DNA from: an uncultured Hyphomicrobiales bacterium
GTDB taxonomy: Bacteria; Bacteroidota; Ignavibacteria; Kapaibacteriales; UBA2268
NCBI GenBank assembly: GCA_964637845.1
Contig: CAZWXI010000003.1
Location: forward strand, 27,859-91,858
Reading direction: 5' to 3'
DNA: 64,000 nucleotides
A program made the translations under genes and the position numbers. This document shows positions 47,042-56,548 of this stretch, one piece after another. The first letter of the stretch is position 1; every line of letters starts with the position of its first letter. Below the pieces are notes generated by a model. The model had not been told where the DNA came from, did no database searches, and worked only from the letters and a program-made list of their open reading frames with translations.

Positions 47042-48754
47042 ATGATTAATACTCTTAGAATTCAAAATTTCGTCCTGATTGATGAACTTGAAATTGATTT
47101 TTCGTCGGGTTTAAATGTTATTATTGGCGAAACGGGGTCAGGTAAATCCATGCTGGCGGATTCTTTGATATTGTTGTTTGGAGGTAGGTCATCGGCTGAA
47201 TATGTACGTGATGGCTCGAGCAAAGCTATTTTAGAAGTCGAATTGAACTATGTTAGAATTCCATTAATTCATAAAATTTTACAAGAAAATGGTATCGAAA
47301 ACTATAATGAGAACACGTTAATAATCAGACGCGAGATAAATCCAAAAGGAGTAAGCCGAAATTTTCTTAACGACAGCCCTGTAAATTTAACAGTTTTGAA
47401 ATCAGTAGGTAGTTTAATCATAGATTTTCACGGACAACACGACCACCAATCACTGTTAGACCTAAATAAACACATTGACATTTTTGATTCAATTTATCAT
47501 CAATATGACTCAATGGCTAAGTATCAATATTGCAGAAAAGAGTTAATAAGTCTGATTGATGAATATACAAGCTTACAAAGGCGTGAACATGATTTAAAAA
47601 GTAAACGCGATATCCTATCATACCAACTCAAAGAAATATTACAGATTGATCCAAAACCTTGTGAGGACTTGCTTCTTGAGGCAGAACTAAGCGTAGTCGA
47701 AAATGCTGAGCAAATTATATTGCAGTGTAATGAATGTTACGAATTACTTTTCAACTCGGAGGACTCATCGCAATCAACTTTAAGCAAGGCATCCAAAATT
47801 CTTGATAATTTATCCAAATTTGATAACCAATTCAAGCAATACTCGGAAGAAATTCTATCAGCTGAAATCATAGTCAAAGAAACTTCTGCTTATCTGAATG
47901 ATTATTTAAGCAAGTTTGACTATAACGCCGAAAAAGTTGATGAAATAAGAAATAAGCTCTCAGGAATTAACCATTTGAAGCGAAAGTATGGAACAATTGA
48001 AGAAATCATTAAATTGAAAGAAAAAATCTCCGCCCAATTAGATGAATCGAATAATTTCCAATTTTTGCTCAATGAGATAAGTAATAAAATTGAAGCATTA
48101 AAGCACGAGATTAACACTATTGCAATTGAAATATCTTGTCATCGCAAATCAAATGCTGAAAAATTTGAAAAAATTGTGGGAGAGAAATTGCAGTTGATGG
48201 GCATCCCAAACGCCATATTCAAAGTTGCCATGAGTCGCATCCAAGCTGAACCAACTGATTTATTATCGATTAATATTGATGGGAAGGCGATTAGACTTTT
48301 AGAACAAGGCATAGATGAAATTGAATTCCATATTTCCACGAATATAGGCGAGAAACCAACTCCACTTACGGATGTGGCTTCCGGTGGTGAGGTATCACGT
48401 ATCATGTTAGCCATAAAAAGTATCTTAGCGGATAATGATGTTATTCCAATATTGGTCTTTGATGAAATTGATACGGGTATTAGTGGAAGAATAGCCCAAA
48501 AAGTTGGCATTGTCATGAAGGAATTGGCAAAATATCACCAAATTATTGCTATAACACATTTACCTCAAATTGCCGCTTTGGGAGACAGATTGATTTTAGT
48601 GAAGAAATTCGAAAATAATATTAGAACATGGGTTGAATCTCAAACCTTAGATGAGCATGAAAAGGTCAACGAAATTGCGAAAATGCTTAGTGGCGAATCT
48701 GTTTCCGAAGCGGCTTTAGAAAGCGCTAAAGTACTAATTAATTCTACTGTATAA
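47042..48754 (+). CDS. recN: DNA repair protein RecN
   Basis: Walker A (GETGSGKSML), a long central coiled coil, a C-terminal signature (ASGGEVSRIMLA) and Walker B (VFDEIDTGISG). Confidence 0.93.
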   Translation: MINTLRIQNFVLIDELEIDFSSGLNVIIGETGSGKSMLADSLILLFGGRSSAEYVRDGSSKAILEVELNYVRIPLIHKILQENGIENYNENTLIIRREINPKGVSRNFLNDSPVNLTVLKSVGSLIIDFHGQHDHQSLLDLNKHIDIFDSIYHQYDSMAKYQYCRKELISLIDEYTSLQRREHDLKSKRDILSYQLKEILQIDPKPCEDLLLEAELSVVENAEQIILQCNECYELLFNSEDSSQSTLSKASKILDNLSKFDNQFKQYSEEILSAEIIVKETSAYLNDYLSKFDYNAEKVDEIRNKLSGINHLKRKYGTIEEIIKLKEKISAQLDESNNFQFLLNEISNKIEALKHEINTIAIEISCHRKSNAEKFEKIVGEKLQLMGIPNAIFKVAMSRIQAEPTDLLSINIDGKAIRLLEQGIDEIEFHISTNIGEKPTPLTDVASGGEVSRIMLAIKSILADNDVIPILVFDEIDTGISGRIAQKVGIVMKELAKYHQIIAITHLPQIAALGDRLILVKKFENNIRTWVESQTLDEHEKVNEIAKMLSGESVSEAALESAKVLINSTV

Positions 48755-48756
48755 CG

Positions 48757-49350
48757 ATGTATAGTCAAACTTTTTTATCAAAAGATGAACTGGAGCAGGT
48801 TTTACATAATAAAGTAAATCTGCTTGAAATCAACCGAATAATGAGCGCTTACGATATGGCTGATCGGGCTTATGCCGATAAAAAAGCTATGGATGGCTCA
48901 TTTTATTTTTTCCATGTAACAAGAGTATGCAAAATACTGATATATGAATTGAACATATTCGAACCAGAAATGATTATTTCGGCTTTGCTTCATGATGTTT
49001 ATAAGAAAGTTGATGATATAGGCCCCGAAATAATTATTTACAATTTTGGTCCTTATGTTGCTTATTTGATGGATTTGTTACAAAAAGACTTTGACTTTGT
49101 CAAAAATCATACTGTAAGTAATATCACGGCAGACACACTTAGAATCCCGGAAGACGACTATATAATATTGATGCTAAGTGAGCATTTAGATAATTTCAGA
49201 TGCTTGGATGTAAACATTAGTTTCAATCCCGTCAATTATATTTTGAATGTCACTCAATCATTAATAAGTAAAGCCAATGAAACTGACAATCAACATGTAA
49301 ATTATCTCCTATCAGAACTAAAGCGAGAGCGAAATAAAATCTTAGGATGA
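48757..49350 (+). CDS. HD-domain phosphohydrolase-like protein
   Basis: An H...HD pattern (FFHVTRV ... SALLHDVYK). I cannot assign a finer family. Confidence 0.6.
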   Translation: MYSQTFLSKDELEQVLHNKVNLLEINRIMSAYDMADRAYADKKAMDGSFYFFHVTRVCKILIYELNIFEPEMIISALLHDVYKKVDDIGPEIIIYNFGPYVAYLMDLLQKDFDFVKNHTVSNITADTLRIPEDDYIILMLSEHLDNFRCLDVNISFNPVNYILNVTQSLISKANETDNQHVNYLLSELKRERNKILG

Positions 49351-50538
49351 GGATTCGGCACCGCTTAACAGATAAAGATTACCTTTACGATAAGCCTCAA
49401 TGACTATCAAAAGCGATGCAAACAGCGTAGATAGAAAAATAGATAAAACCAACATCAAAGACCTTCGTGGTGATGTCTTTTTCTCTGAGGGGATTGCTTT
49501 ATCCAAAACTTCAATTACCGGAACATCTCGATTTTCCTGTATTGCTTCTTGATGCTTTTGGGTTTCCAAGTACATTATAACTTGTTCGAGTATCTTTCTC
49601 TCGCGGAAAAGTTCGGCATATTCTCTAAAAAGTGTTGGTACTTTATCAAGTGAAATCGAAAATGCGTCGGTCGGCGTCAATCCACCGTATTGAATTTTTG
49701 AATATTGTTCTTTAAGTAAATTGACTTGGTTTTCATAATACGAAATTTGTGGAGAAGCAGGATTAAACTGTAGTTTAGCAAGATTTAATTCCAGTTCGGC
49801 TTGTACAAGTAAACTACCAACTTCGACTGCTTGAGCTACTATGGCTTGAGTCTGTTCATCAATAGCAAGCACTTTATTCTTCAATTGGAATTGCTCTATT
49901 GCCGTTGCAACGGAATCTAGCTTAGATTTATAGCCGATTAGCTCGGATTGAATATATTCTCTTGATTTCCTTGCATTAGTCATCGTACGACTTTTGATGA
50001 TGTTATCCAAACCCTCAACGGCAAGATTTGCCATTGCGGCAGAAATTTCCGCAGCTTTACGTTTATCATCTTCAGACGGGAAAAAACTTGTTCTATAGAT
50101 AGTATAAATGTAAATTATACCTGTTTTATCAACATTTATATCTATGGAACTTCGAACAAAATTCTCTATATCTTCTCTTTTCATTTTCGCAAATTGTGGA
50201 AATGAACGCAAATTTAAGCCTTCAATTATATGCTCGATTATGCTTCTACTATATAAAATTTCGCCAAAAAGCTTTGATTGGTCTGATTGAGAAACCCCAG
50301 GAATACTCAAACCGCCCGTGAAATTTTGTATAAAACTGGATAGACCTCCTGCCGGGCTGTCTTTTGTTGGTGGAAGTAAACTTGATTGTGCTGAATAAGA
50401 ATTAGGCATAATAAAAGAATAAGCTACAACTATGGCACTTATGCCTAATATCCATGCCAATAGTCTAACTATATTAAGTCTTAAAATTTTGAAGATAGCA
50501 AAGAATGATATTTCTTCTTTTTCGGGCAATAATTTCAT
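49342..50538 (-). CDS. polysaccharide chain-length determinant (Wzz/GumC-type PCP) without a kinase domain
   Basis: TM helices at both ends (VRLLAWILGISAIVVAYSFI and LMLVLSIFLSTLFASLLIVI). The periplasmic coiled-coil region lies between them. It sits directly downstream of a Wza-like gene. Confidence 0.65.
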   Translation of the reverse strand: MKLLPEKEEISFFAIFKILRLNIVRLLAWILGISAIVVAYSFIMPNSYSAQSSLLPPTKDSPAGGLSSFIQNFTGGLSIPGVSQSDQSKLFGEILYSRSIIEHIIEGLNLRSFPQFAKMKREDIENFVRSSIDINVDKTGIIYIYTIYRTSFFPSEDDKRKAAEISAAMANLAVEGLDNIIKSRTMTNARKSREYIQSELIGYKSKLDSVATAIEQFQLKNKVLAIDEQTQAIVAQAVEVGSLLVQAELELNLAKLQFNPASPQISYYENQVNLLKEQYSKIQYGGLTPTDAFSISLDKVPTLFREYAELFRERKILEQVIMYLETQKHQEAIQENRDVPVIEVLDKAIPSEKKTSPRRSLMLVLSIFLSTLFASLLIVIEAYRKGNLYLLSGAESSS

Positions 50539-50540
50539 AT

Positions 50541-52184
50541 TTACCTATTTATATTTGTTATCGCAATCACAACGCCAGCAATAGTCACAAGTTGAGTCAC
50601 AATGGTGAGCGTCATTGTAAATACTTCCATGAATGTAATTTCAGTTTCTGTCGGTACAAGAATAACGTCACCTGGTTCGAGTTGATACAATTTGGCGCGA
50701 CTTGCAAGAAATTGACCACCTCTTGGTTTATTGACTAAAGTTTCATCTACGTCAGCTCGATAGGCAAATCCCCCAGCCAGCGCAATATAATCCATATAGC
50801 CGTACCTTGAGTCATATTTCACTTTGCCCGGATTATTAACTCTACCTTGGACATTAATGAATTCATTCTTCTTGGGCACAACGATGGAATCTCTTGATAC
50901 AACTAGTACATTTTCCTGTGAATCGGGATTATCCATGATGGCATTAAAATTAATTGATATGACCCCGCGTTTTTCGTTGATTTTTGCTTGAAAATATCTC
51001 AATTCGGTTTTAGACATTTCGGAAGGCAAAACTCTCTTCAATCGCTCTAATTCAGGGTCTAATATTTCCAAATCCCGTTGGCGTATAAATTCGGTATTTT
51101 CAATCGAGGCGTCCTCAGTAAATCCGCCTGCACGATTAATAACATCAAGAACCTTGTCAGTGTCATCATTTATTGCGTATTTACCGGGATATTTGATCTC
51201 ACCTTCAATCACTACGTAGTCCAATTCACGCAAGCCATGCTTCTTGCGAATATAGACCCTATCGCCCGGATATAATTGAAAATCATTAGGCAATAGCTGA
51301 CTACTAAACAGTATATCCCGCCAACTCGTGAGATTTAAAATTTTCTTATCAAGTTTATCACCATCAATTATCCGAACGAACTCGACCGAATCTAATAATG
51401 AAAAGTTATTGAAGCCCTGACCGAATTTCATAAGGGTAGATAAGGAATCGCCTTCGACATATTCAAATTTGCCTGGCGCATGAACTTCGCCGTGAATTTC
51501 TATCATATCACGCTGATTTTTGGGAGGTATTCTAATCAAGTCTCCCCCAAGTACAGTAGGATTTGAATTTTGGTCCCCAAACATGAAGTACTTCATTAAG
51601 TCAACATTGATTACTTCATCACTATCGTATCTATGTAGCTTAATCAAACGTTCAGAAGACTCAAACTGAAGACCTTGCGCCTTGTCAATAACCTCTGAAA
51701 CTCTATCTACAGCTGTTGCAGGAACCGAAACGGGTTTAGGAACTGTACCACTGACAATAACTTTAAATTCTCTGAGCTTGGTCAAAGCCACATCAATTTT
51801 CGACGTGCGAATATATTTTCGGATTTGCTCTTGTATTGCATTTGTAGCTTGAGTCAAGGTTTTGTTTTTAACATCGACCGTGCCGGCTCCTTTGATAATT
51901 ATCTTGCCTTCGGGTGTTATCTTCGCTTTGTCTTCAAGGATTTCATTTGTAATGATTGAAATCGTAAACTCATCACCGGGGCCAACAACATATATATCGG
52001 GATTAATTTCTCTTTCAAGTAGCCCTCTACTCTCTTTTAGTAAGTTTTGGACGTTTTGAACTGCTAAGGTATCAATTGAAGTCTTAGTAGCCCCGGATAA
52101 GCGTCCTTTTTCAATTTGTTGAGCACTTCCGTAATATAGATTGGTGATAATTGTAACAATTATCGCAAAAACCGTTATTCTCAT
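50541..52184 (-). CDS. polysaccharide export protein (Wza-like; Poly_export plus repeated SLBB domains)
   Basis: Signal peptide, YVVGPGDEFTISI (Poly_export motif) and several repeats of the type GEVHAPGKFEY / GEIKYPGKYAI / GRVNNPGKVKY (SLBB). There is a C-terminal hydrophobic helix. Confidence 0.75.
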   Translation of the reverse strand: MRITVFAIIVTIITNLYYGSAQQIEKGRLSGATKTSIDTLAVQNVQNLLKESRGLLEREINPDIYVVGPGDEFTISIITNEILEDKAKITPEGKIIIKGAGTVDVKNKTLTQATNAIQEQIRKYIRTSKIDVALTKLREFKVIVSGTVPKPVSVPATAVDRVSEVIDKAQGLQFESSERLIKLHRYDSDEVINVDLMKYFMFGDQNSNPTVLGGDLIRIPPKNQRDMIEIHGEVHAPGKFEYVEGDSLSTLMKFGQGFNNFSLLDSVEFVRIIDGDKLDKKILNLTSWRDILFSSQLLPNDFQLYPGDRVYIRKKHGLRELDYVVIEGEIKYPGKYAINDDTDKVLDVINRAGGFTEDASIENTEFIRQRDLEILDPELERLKRVLPSEMSKTELRYFQAKINEKRGVISINFNAIMDNPDSQENVLVVSRDSIVVPKKNEFINVQGRVNNPGKVKYDSRYGYMDYIALAGGFAYRADVDETLVNKPRGGQFLASRAKLYQLEPGDVILVPTETEITFMEVFTMTLTIVTQLVTIAGVVIAITNINR

Positions 52185-52354
52185 TATCGCATGCGAAAAA
52201 AAATAAAATCAAATATAGAAAAAAAAATGTACTTGGCAAAGACATTTTACTTTTCCACGCTAAATAATTCGTAATACGATGTTGTATATTTTAAAAAAAA
52301 TTCTTACTTTAATTTTTTGCCGAATTAATTAAATAAAAATTAATAATTAAGAAC

Positions 52355-53887
52355 ATGGGTTACAAAATAATCGAGTTAAAAATGAGGACTGATTACACAA
52401 CTGAAGAGTTGGAAGATGTAATTCGTAAAGTCCTTAAAGTTAGAGAATTTTCTTACAGCATCGAAAAGCAAAGCTTAGATGGCAGGAATGTTAAGGAAAT
52501 TCATTGGGTAGTCAGGGTCGGAGTTCAATCTCACGAAATAGACAATAACTTAGAACCTCATATCGAAAAACTTGACATTCCGTACAAAAAAAGAAACAAG
52601 CACGTTGTGGTTGTAGGCAATGGTCCGGGTGGTTTTTTTGCATCATATGTATTGATTCAGGCTGGGTTTAAGGTTACTATGATTGACCAAGGCCCAGAAG
52701 TATTTTCCAGGACCAAAGACATCAAAAATTTCGAAAAAACCGGGATACTTAACCCTCGCAGTAATTACGCATTCGGAGAAGGTGGTGCCGGTACTTTTTC
52801 CGACGGCAAACTTACTTCAAGAACTAAATCAATCTTAAAAGAGAAGAAATTCATCTTTGATTGCTATATTCAGGCTGGTGCACCCGAGGAAATCAGATAT
52901 CTTTCAAAACCACATCTTGGAAGCAACTTATTGATAAAAATTGTTCGTCACCTGAGAGAGGATTTTATTGCCCGCGGCGGTAAGATGATTTTTGAAAACA
53001 AAATGACTGATATAAAAACAAAGGGACCAAAGGTATTATCTATAGAAACTGAACAAGGTGTAATCAATGGAGATTATTACATTTTTGCGATTGGTCACTC
53101 ATGCTATGAATCCTATCGGTTGTTGATGTCGAAAGGTGTAATGTTCCAGCTGAAGAACTTTGCCATTGGCACACGAGTTGAACATCCGCAGGAACTCATC
53201 AACAAAGCAAAATGGCAGGTACCTATTTTACCAGGTGTGAAAGCGGCTGACTACTCTCTCACTTATAATTTTCGTGATGCAATGACTGTTTACTCGTTTT
53301 GCATGTGCCCGGGAGGTATGGTAGTACCTGCTCCACCGGAACCGGGACTCAACATAGTAAACGGCAGAAGTAATTATAAAAGAAATTATCCTTTCGCAAA
53401 TTCAGCTATAGTTGCAGGACTTAATTTAGAAAGTCTTTTAGGGAGAGAAGTAAGTCCCGAAGAAGCATTAGCATGGGTGCTGGCAATTGAAAGAAAGTTT
53501 TATGACTTTACCAACAGCTACAATGCGCCTGCAGTGAATGTCAAAGATTTCTTAAGATTCAAAACAACTTCTGTTTTTGGGCCTACAAGCTATCCATTTG
53601 ATTTGGTTACTGCTGAATTTCGAGAATTATTCCCGAAAGAGGTAACAAACTCAATGATGTATGCGTTGAAAGACTTCACACGTAAAATTAAAGGCTTCGA
53701 AGAAGGAACGTTAATGGGACTTGAAAGTCGAACTTCTTCACCAATTCAACTAATTCGTGACGGAATGAAATGCGCGGGGTTTGATAATTTATATGTCGGT
53801 GGTGAGGGCTCGGGTTTAGCGGGCGGTATAGTCAGTTCAGGCGCTGATGGTATTAGATGCGCTATGGATATAATTGCAAACAACTAA
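52355..53887 (+). CDS. FAD-dependent oxidoreductase (COG2509-like)
   Basis: Dinucleotide-binding motif VVVVGNGPGGFFASYVLIQAGFKVTMIDQG and GAGTFSDGKL. The size and C-terminal GGEGSGLAGGIVSSGADG match the uncharacterised FAD-dependent dehydrogenase group. Confidence 0.7.
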   Translation: MGYKIIELKMRTDYTTEELEDVIRKVLKVREFSYSIEKQSLDGRNVKEIHWVVRVGVQSHEIDNNLEPHIEKLDIPYKKRNKHVVVVGNGPGGFFASYVLIQAGFKVTMIDQGPEVFSRTKDIKNFEKTGILNPRSNYAFGEGGAGTFSDGKLTSRTKSILKEKKFIFDCYIQAGAPEEIRYLSKPHLGSNLLIKIVRHLREDFIARGGKMIFENKMTDIKTKGPKVLSIETEQGVINGDYYIFAIGHSCYESYRLLMSKGVMFQLKNFAIGTRVEHPQELINKAKWQVPILPGVKAADYSLTYNFRDAMTVYSFCMCPGGMVVPAPPEPGLNIVNGRSNYKRNYPFANSAIVAGLNLESLLGREVSPEEALAWVLAIERKFYDFTNSYNAPAVNVKDFLRFKTTSVFGPTSYPFDLVTAEFRELFPKEVTNSMMYALKDFTRKIKGFEEGTLMGLESRTSSPIQLIRDGMKCAGFDNLYVGGEGSGLAGGIVSSGADGIRCAMDIIANN

Positions 53888-53889
53888 AA

Positions 53890-54591
53890 TTATTTTCTTT
53901 TCGAGAACAGGTGCCATTTGTTCTTTCGTATCGAAGGGTCGGTAAGTTGTGGTGAAACTCCACCACTTACGAACCGAACATCTTCTATTGAATAAAAAGC
54001 GTTTGGATTATATTCTTTAATGTATTCTATTATATCGTTAGTTAAAGACCTCTGAATAACAAGGAATAGTACGCTCACCTTACCATTGATTCCTTCGGCA
54101 TCTAAAACAGTCACGGGGTAATTATTCTCTCTGAAATCTGCGACAAGTTTAGTTGCGTCTTTGTGTGTTATAACTCTTACAATGACATACCCTAAGGAGA
54201 ATTTCTCATCCAAAACCATGCCTAAATATGTGCCGGTAGCAAATCCACCCGCATAAGCGATATAGTAATATAAATTGTTTAGATTCTGCATTATTTGGCT
54301 TACTGCTAATATCCAAACTAAAGATTCTATAAACCCAAGCATCGGAGCCAGCTTTTTGTATCCTTTGCCAAGAAGAATGATTCTTAATGTACCTATACTA
54401 ACGTCCATCACTCTAGCAAGAAGAATGAGTAAAGGTATAATAACCCAAGCAGTAAAAGACTCGCCAAATATATCAGATAAATTCATTGACACTTTGTATC
54501 TAATTGAAGATGCAAAAGTACTATGTTTAATATCATCAGACAAATAATCATAAAATTTATCCAATATTATTGTATTAAATGATAATGGCAT
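53890..54591 (-). CDS. UPF0316/DUF2179 family membrane protein
   Basis: MDVSIGTLRIILLGKGYKKLAPMLGFIESLVWILAVSQIM plus a C-terminal DUF2179-like soluble domain (VTVLDAEGINGKVSVLFLV). The first ~35 aa lie outside the conserved region. An alternative ATG lies at 54486. Confidence 0.7.
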   Translation of the reverse strand: MPLSFNTIILDKFYDYLSDDIKHSTFASSIRYKVSMNLSDIFGESFTAWVIIPLLILLARVMDVSIGTLRIILLGKGYKKLAPMLGFIESLVWILAVSQIMQNLNNLYYYIAYAGGFATGTYLGMVLDEKFSLGYVIVRVITHKDATKLVADFRENNYPVTVLDAEGINGKVSVLFLVIQRSLTNDIIEYIKEYNPNAFYSIEDVRFVSGGVSPQLTDPSIRKNKWHLFSKRK

Positions 54592-54636
54592 ATATTTGTA
54601 TATGGTAAATTCCCAAAATGATTAAGATTTTGATTT

Positions 54637-55971
54637 ATGTTGAATGAATACCCAAAATTGTTATTACCGAACATTCCGGAACTGCATAGAATAGAAGTTT
54701 ATACAGCTAATAACGGCTATAAAGCCGCAGCAAAAGCATTCAAAATGACTTCTGACGAGGTAATCAGCGAAGTTAAAGCTTCCAAGCTTAGAGGCAGAGG
54801 TGGAGCTTGTTTCCCGACAGGGCTTAAATGGAGTTTTATGCCAAAATCAAACGACAAACCAAAATATTTGGCAGTAAACGGAGATGAATCAGAACCGGGA
54901 TCTTTTAAAGATCGCCAAATTTTTGAATACAATCCCCACCAGTTGATTGAAGGTATATTGATTGCTGGCTATGCAATGAATTTGAAAGCCGCATATGTAT
55001 ATATTAGAGGTGAGTATCATAAGTGGGTTCGATTATTTCAAGCCGCGGTTGATGAAGCATACCGTAAAGGTTACGTAGGCGAAAGAATGAAAACTACATT
55101 CGGTATCGATTATCAAATGGAGATATTTGTCCACAAAGGAGCAGGTGCATACATTTGTGGTGAGGAAACATCGCTCATGAACTCTTTGGAAGGTGACCGA
55201 GGTTATCCGAGGTTTAAACCACCATTTCCCGCTCAAGTCGGTTTATGGAAAATGCCCACAACTGTTAACAACGTAGAAACGATAGCCACAATCCCCCCTA
55301 TTATCAATATGGGCGGCGAGATATATTCAAAAATCGGTGCTGAGGGTCATACAGGCACCTTACTTTTTGGCGTAAGTGGTCATGTGAACAAACCCGGAGT
55401 TTATGAACTCCCAACTGGTATTCCATTGAAAACACTCATTTACGATATTTGTGGAGGTGTCCTCGGCAATAAGAAAATCAAGGCAATCATTCCCGGTGGC
55501 TCATCTATGCCACCTTTAAGAGGTGATGAAATTGATAATGTGCTGATGGATGAAGAATCGCTAAAAAAATACGGTACCCATATTGGTACAGCAGGTGTTA
55601 TTGTAATGGATGAGGACACTGATATAGTTGATGTTACTTTACGTATTGCTCATTTCTATCACCATGAATCTTGTGGTCAATGTACGCCTTGCCGTGAAGG
55701 TTGCGGATGGATGGAAAAAGTATTAAAACGCTTAGTGAGTGGTGATGGTACAAGAAAAGATATTGATTTATTGTTATCAATTTGCGATAATATCGAAGGA
55801 AATACAATTTGTGCTCTAGGTGATGCCGCCGCTTGGCCCGTGCGTGGTTTTATCAAGAAATTTCGTGAAGAATTTGAAAACAAAGTGAATGCCACGCGAA
55901 CTTTTGTCGCTCCAAATGTTGTCCACGGCAGAAGACCAACAAGCGAAACATTAATCTTCGAAACCTCATAA
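54637..55971 (+). CDS. nuoF: NADH-quinone oxidoreductase subunit F homologue (51-kDa NADH/FMN/4Fe-4S subunit)
   Basis: LRGRGGACFPTGLKWSF, NGDESEPGSFKDR, GAGAYICGEETSLMNSLEG and ESCGQCTPCREG...ICALGD motifs. Confidence 0.88.
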   Translation: MLNEYPKLLLPNIPELHRIEVYTANNGYKAAAKAFKMTSDEVISEVKASKLRGRGGACFPTGLKWSFMPKSNDKPKYLAVNGDESEPGSFKDRQIFEYNPHQLIEGILIAGYAMNLKAAYVYIRGEYHKWVRLFQAAVDEAYRKGYVGERMKTTFGIDYQMEIFVHKGAGAYICGEETSLMNSLEGDRGYPRFKPPFPAQVGLWKMPTTVNNVETIATIPPIINMGGEIYSKIGAEGHTGTLLFGVSGHVNKPGVYELPTGIPLKTLIYDICGGVLGNKKIKAIIPGGSSMPPLRGDEIDNVLMDEESLKKYGTHIGTAGVIVMDEDTDIVDVTLRIAHFYHHESCGQCTPCREGCGWMEKVLKRLVSGDGTRKDIDLLLSICDNIEGNTICALGDAAAWPVRGFIKKFREEFENKVNATRTFVAPNVVHGRRPTSETLIFETS

Positions 55972-55974
55972 ATC

Positions 55975-56547
55975 ATGAACATCGGAATTTTCGGCGGAAG
56001 TTTCAACCCGATACACATCGGTCACATGATAATTGCCGAAAATTTCTATTCTCAGCTCGAACTCGATAAAGTATTATTTGTACCAACTTGTATATCGCCC
56101 TTTAAAACTATCCAAAATAAAGAAATATCTGATGATATAAGACTTGATATGGTCAAAAATATCGTTAATAATGACGCAAGATTCGACGTCGATGATTATG
56201 AAATTAAAAGCGGTGATATATCATACACCTACAACACGATTTCGTATTTAAAATATAAGTATCCTGAATCGAAGTTTTTCCTATTAATCGGCAAGGACAA
56301 TTTAAAAGATATGGATAAATGGCATAATTTTGAAAAGTTACGTGAAATGGTTTCATTTTGTGTGTCGGGAAGACTTGTTGATTCAATATATGAGCTAACA
56401 AAAATTAGTTATGTACAAATTAATTCTCCATTGATCGAAATTTCCTCATCCGACATAAGGGATAGGATAAAAACAGGGAAAAGTTTTCGGTATATGCTGC
56501 TACCGAAAACTTATGAAACAATAATTTCGGAGAATCTTTATAAGTAG
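55975..56547 (+). CDS. nadD: nicotinate-nucleotide adenylyltransferase
   Basis: IGIFGGSFNPIHIGHM (the HxGH nucleotidyltransferase motif) and a C-terminal ISSSDIR motif. Confidence 0.9.
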   Translation: MNIGIFGGSFNPIHIGHMIIAENFYSQLELDKVLFVPTCISPFKTIQNKEISDDIRLDMVKNIVNNDARFDVDDYEIKSGDISYTYNTISYLKYKYPESKFFLLIGKDNLKDMDKWHNFEKLREMVSFCVSGRLVDSIYELTKISYVQINSPLIEISSSDIRDRIKTGKSFRYMLLPKTYETIISENLYK

Positions 56548-56548
56548 T

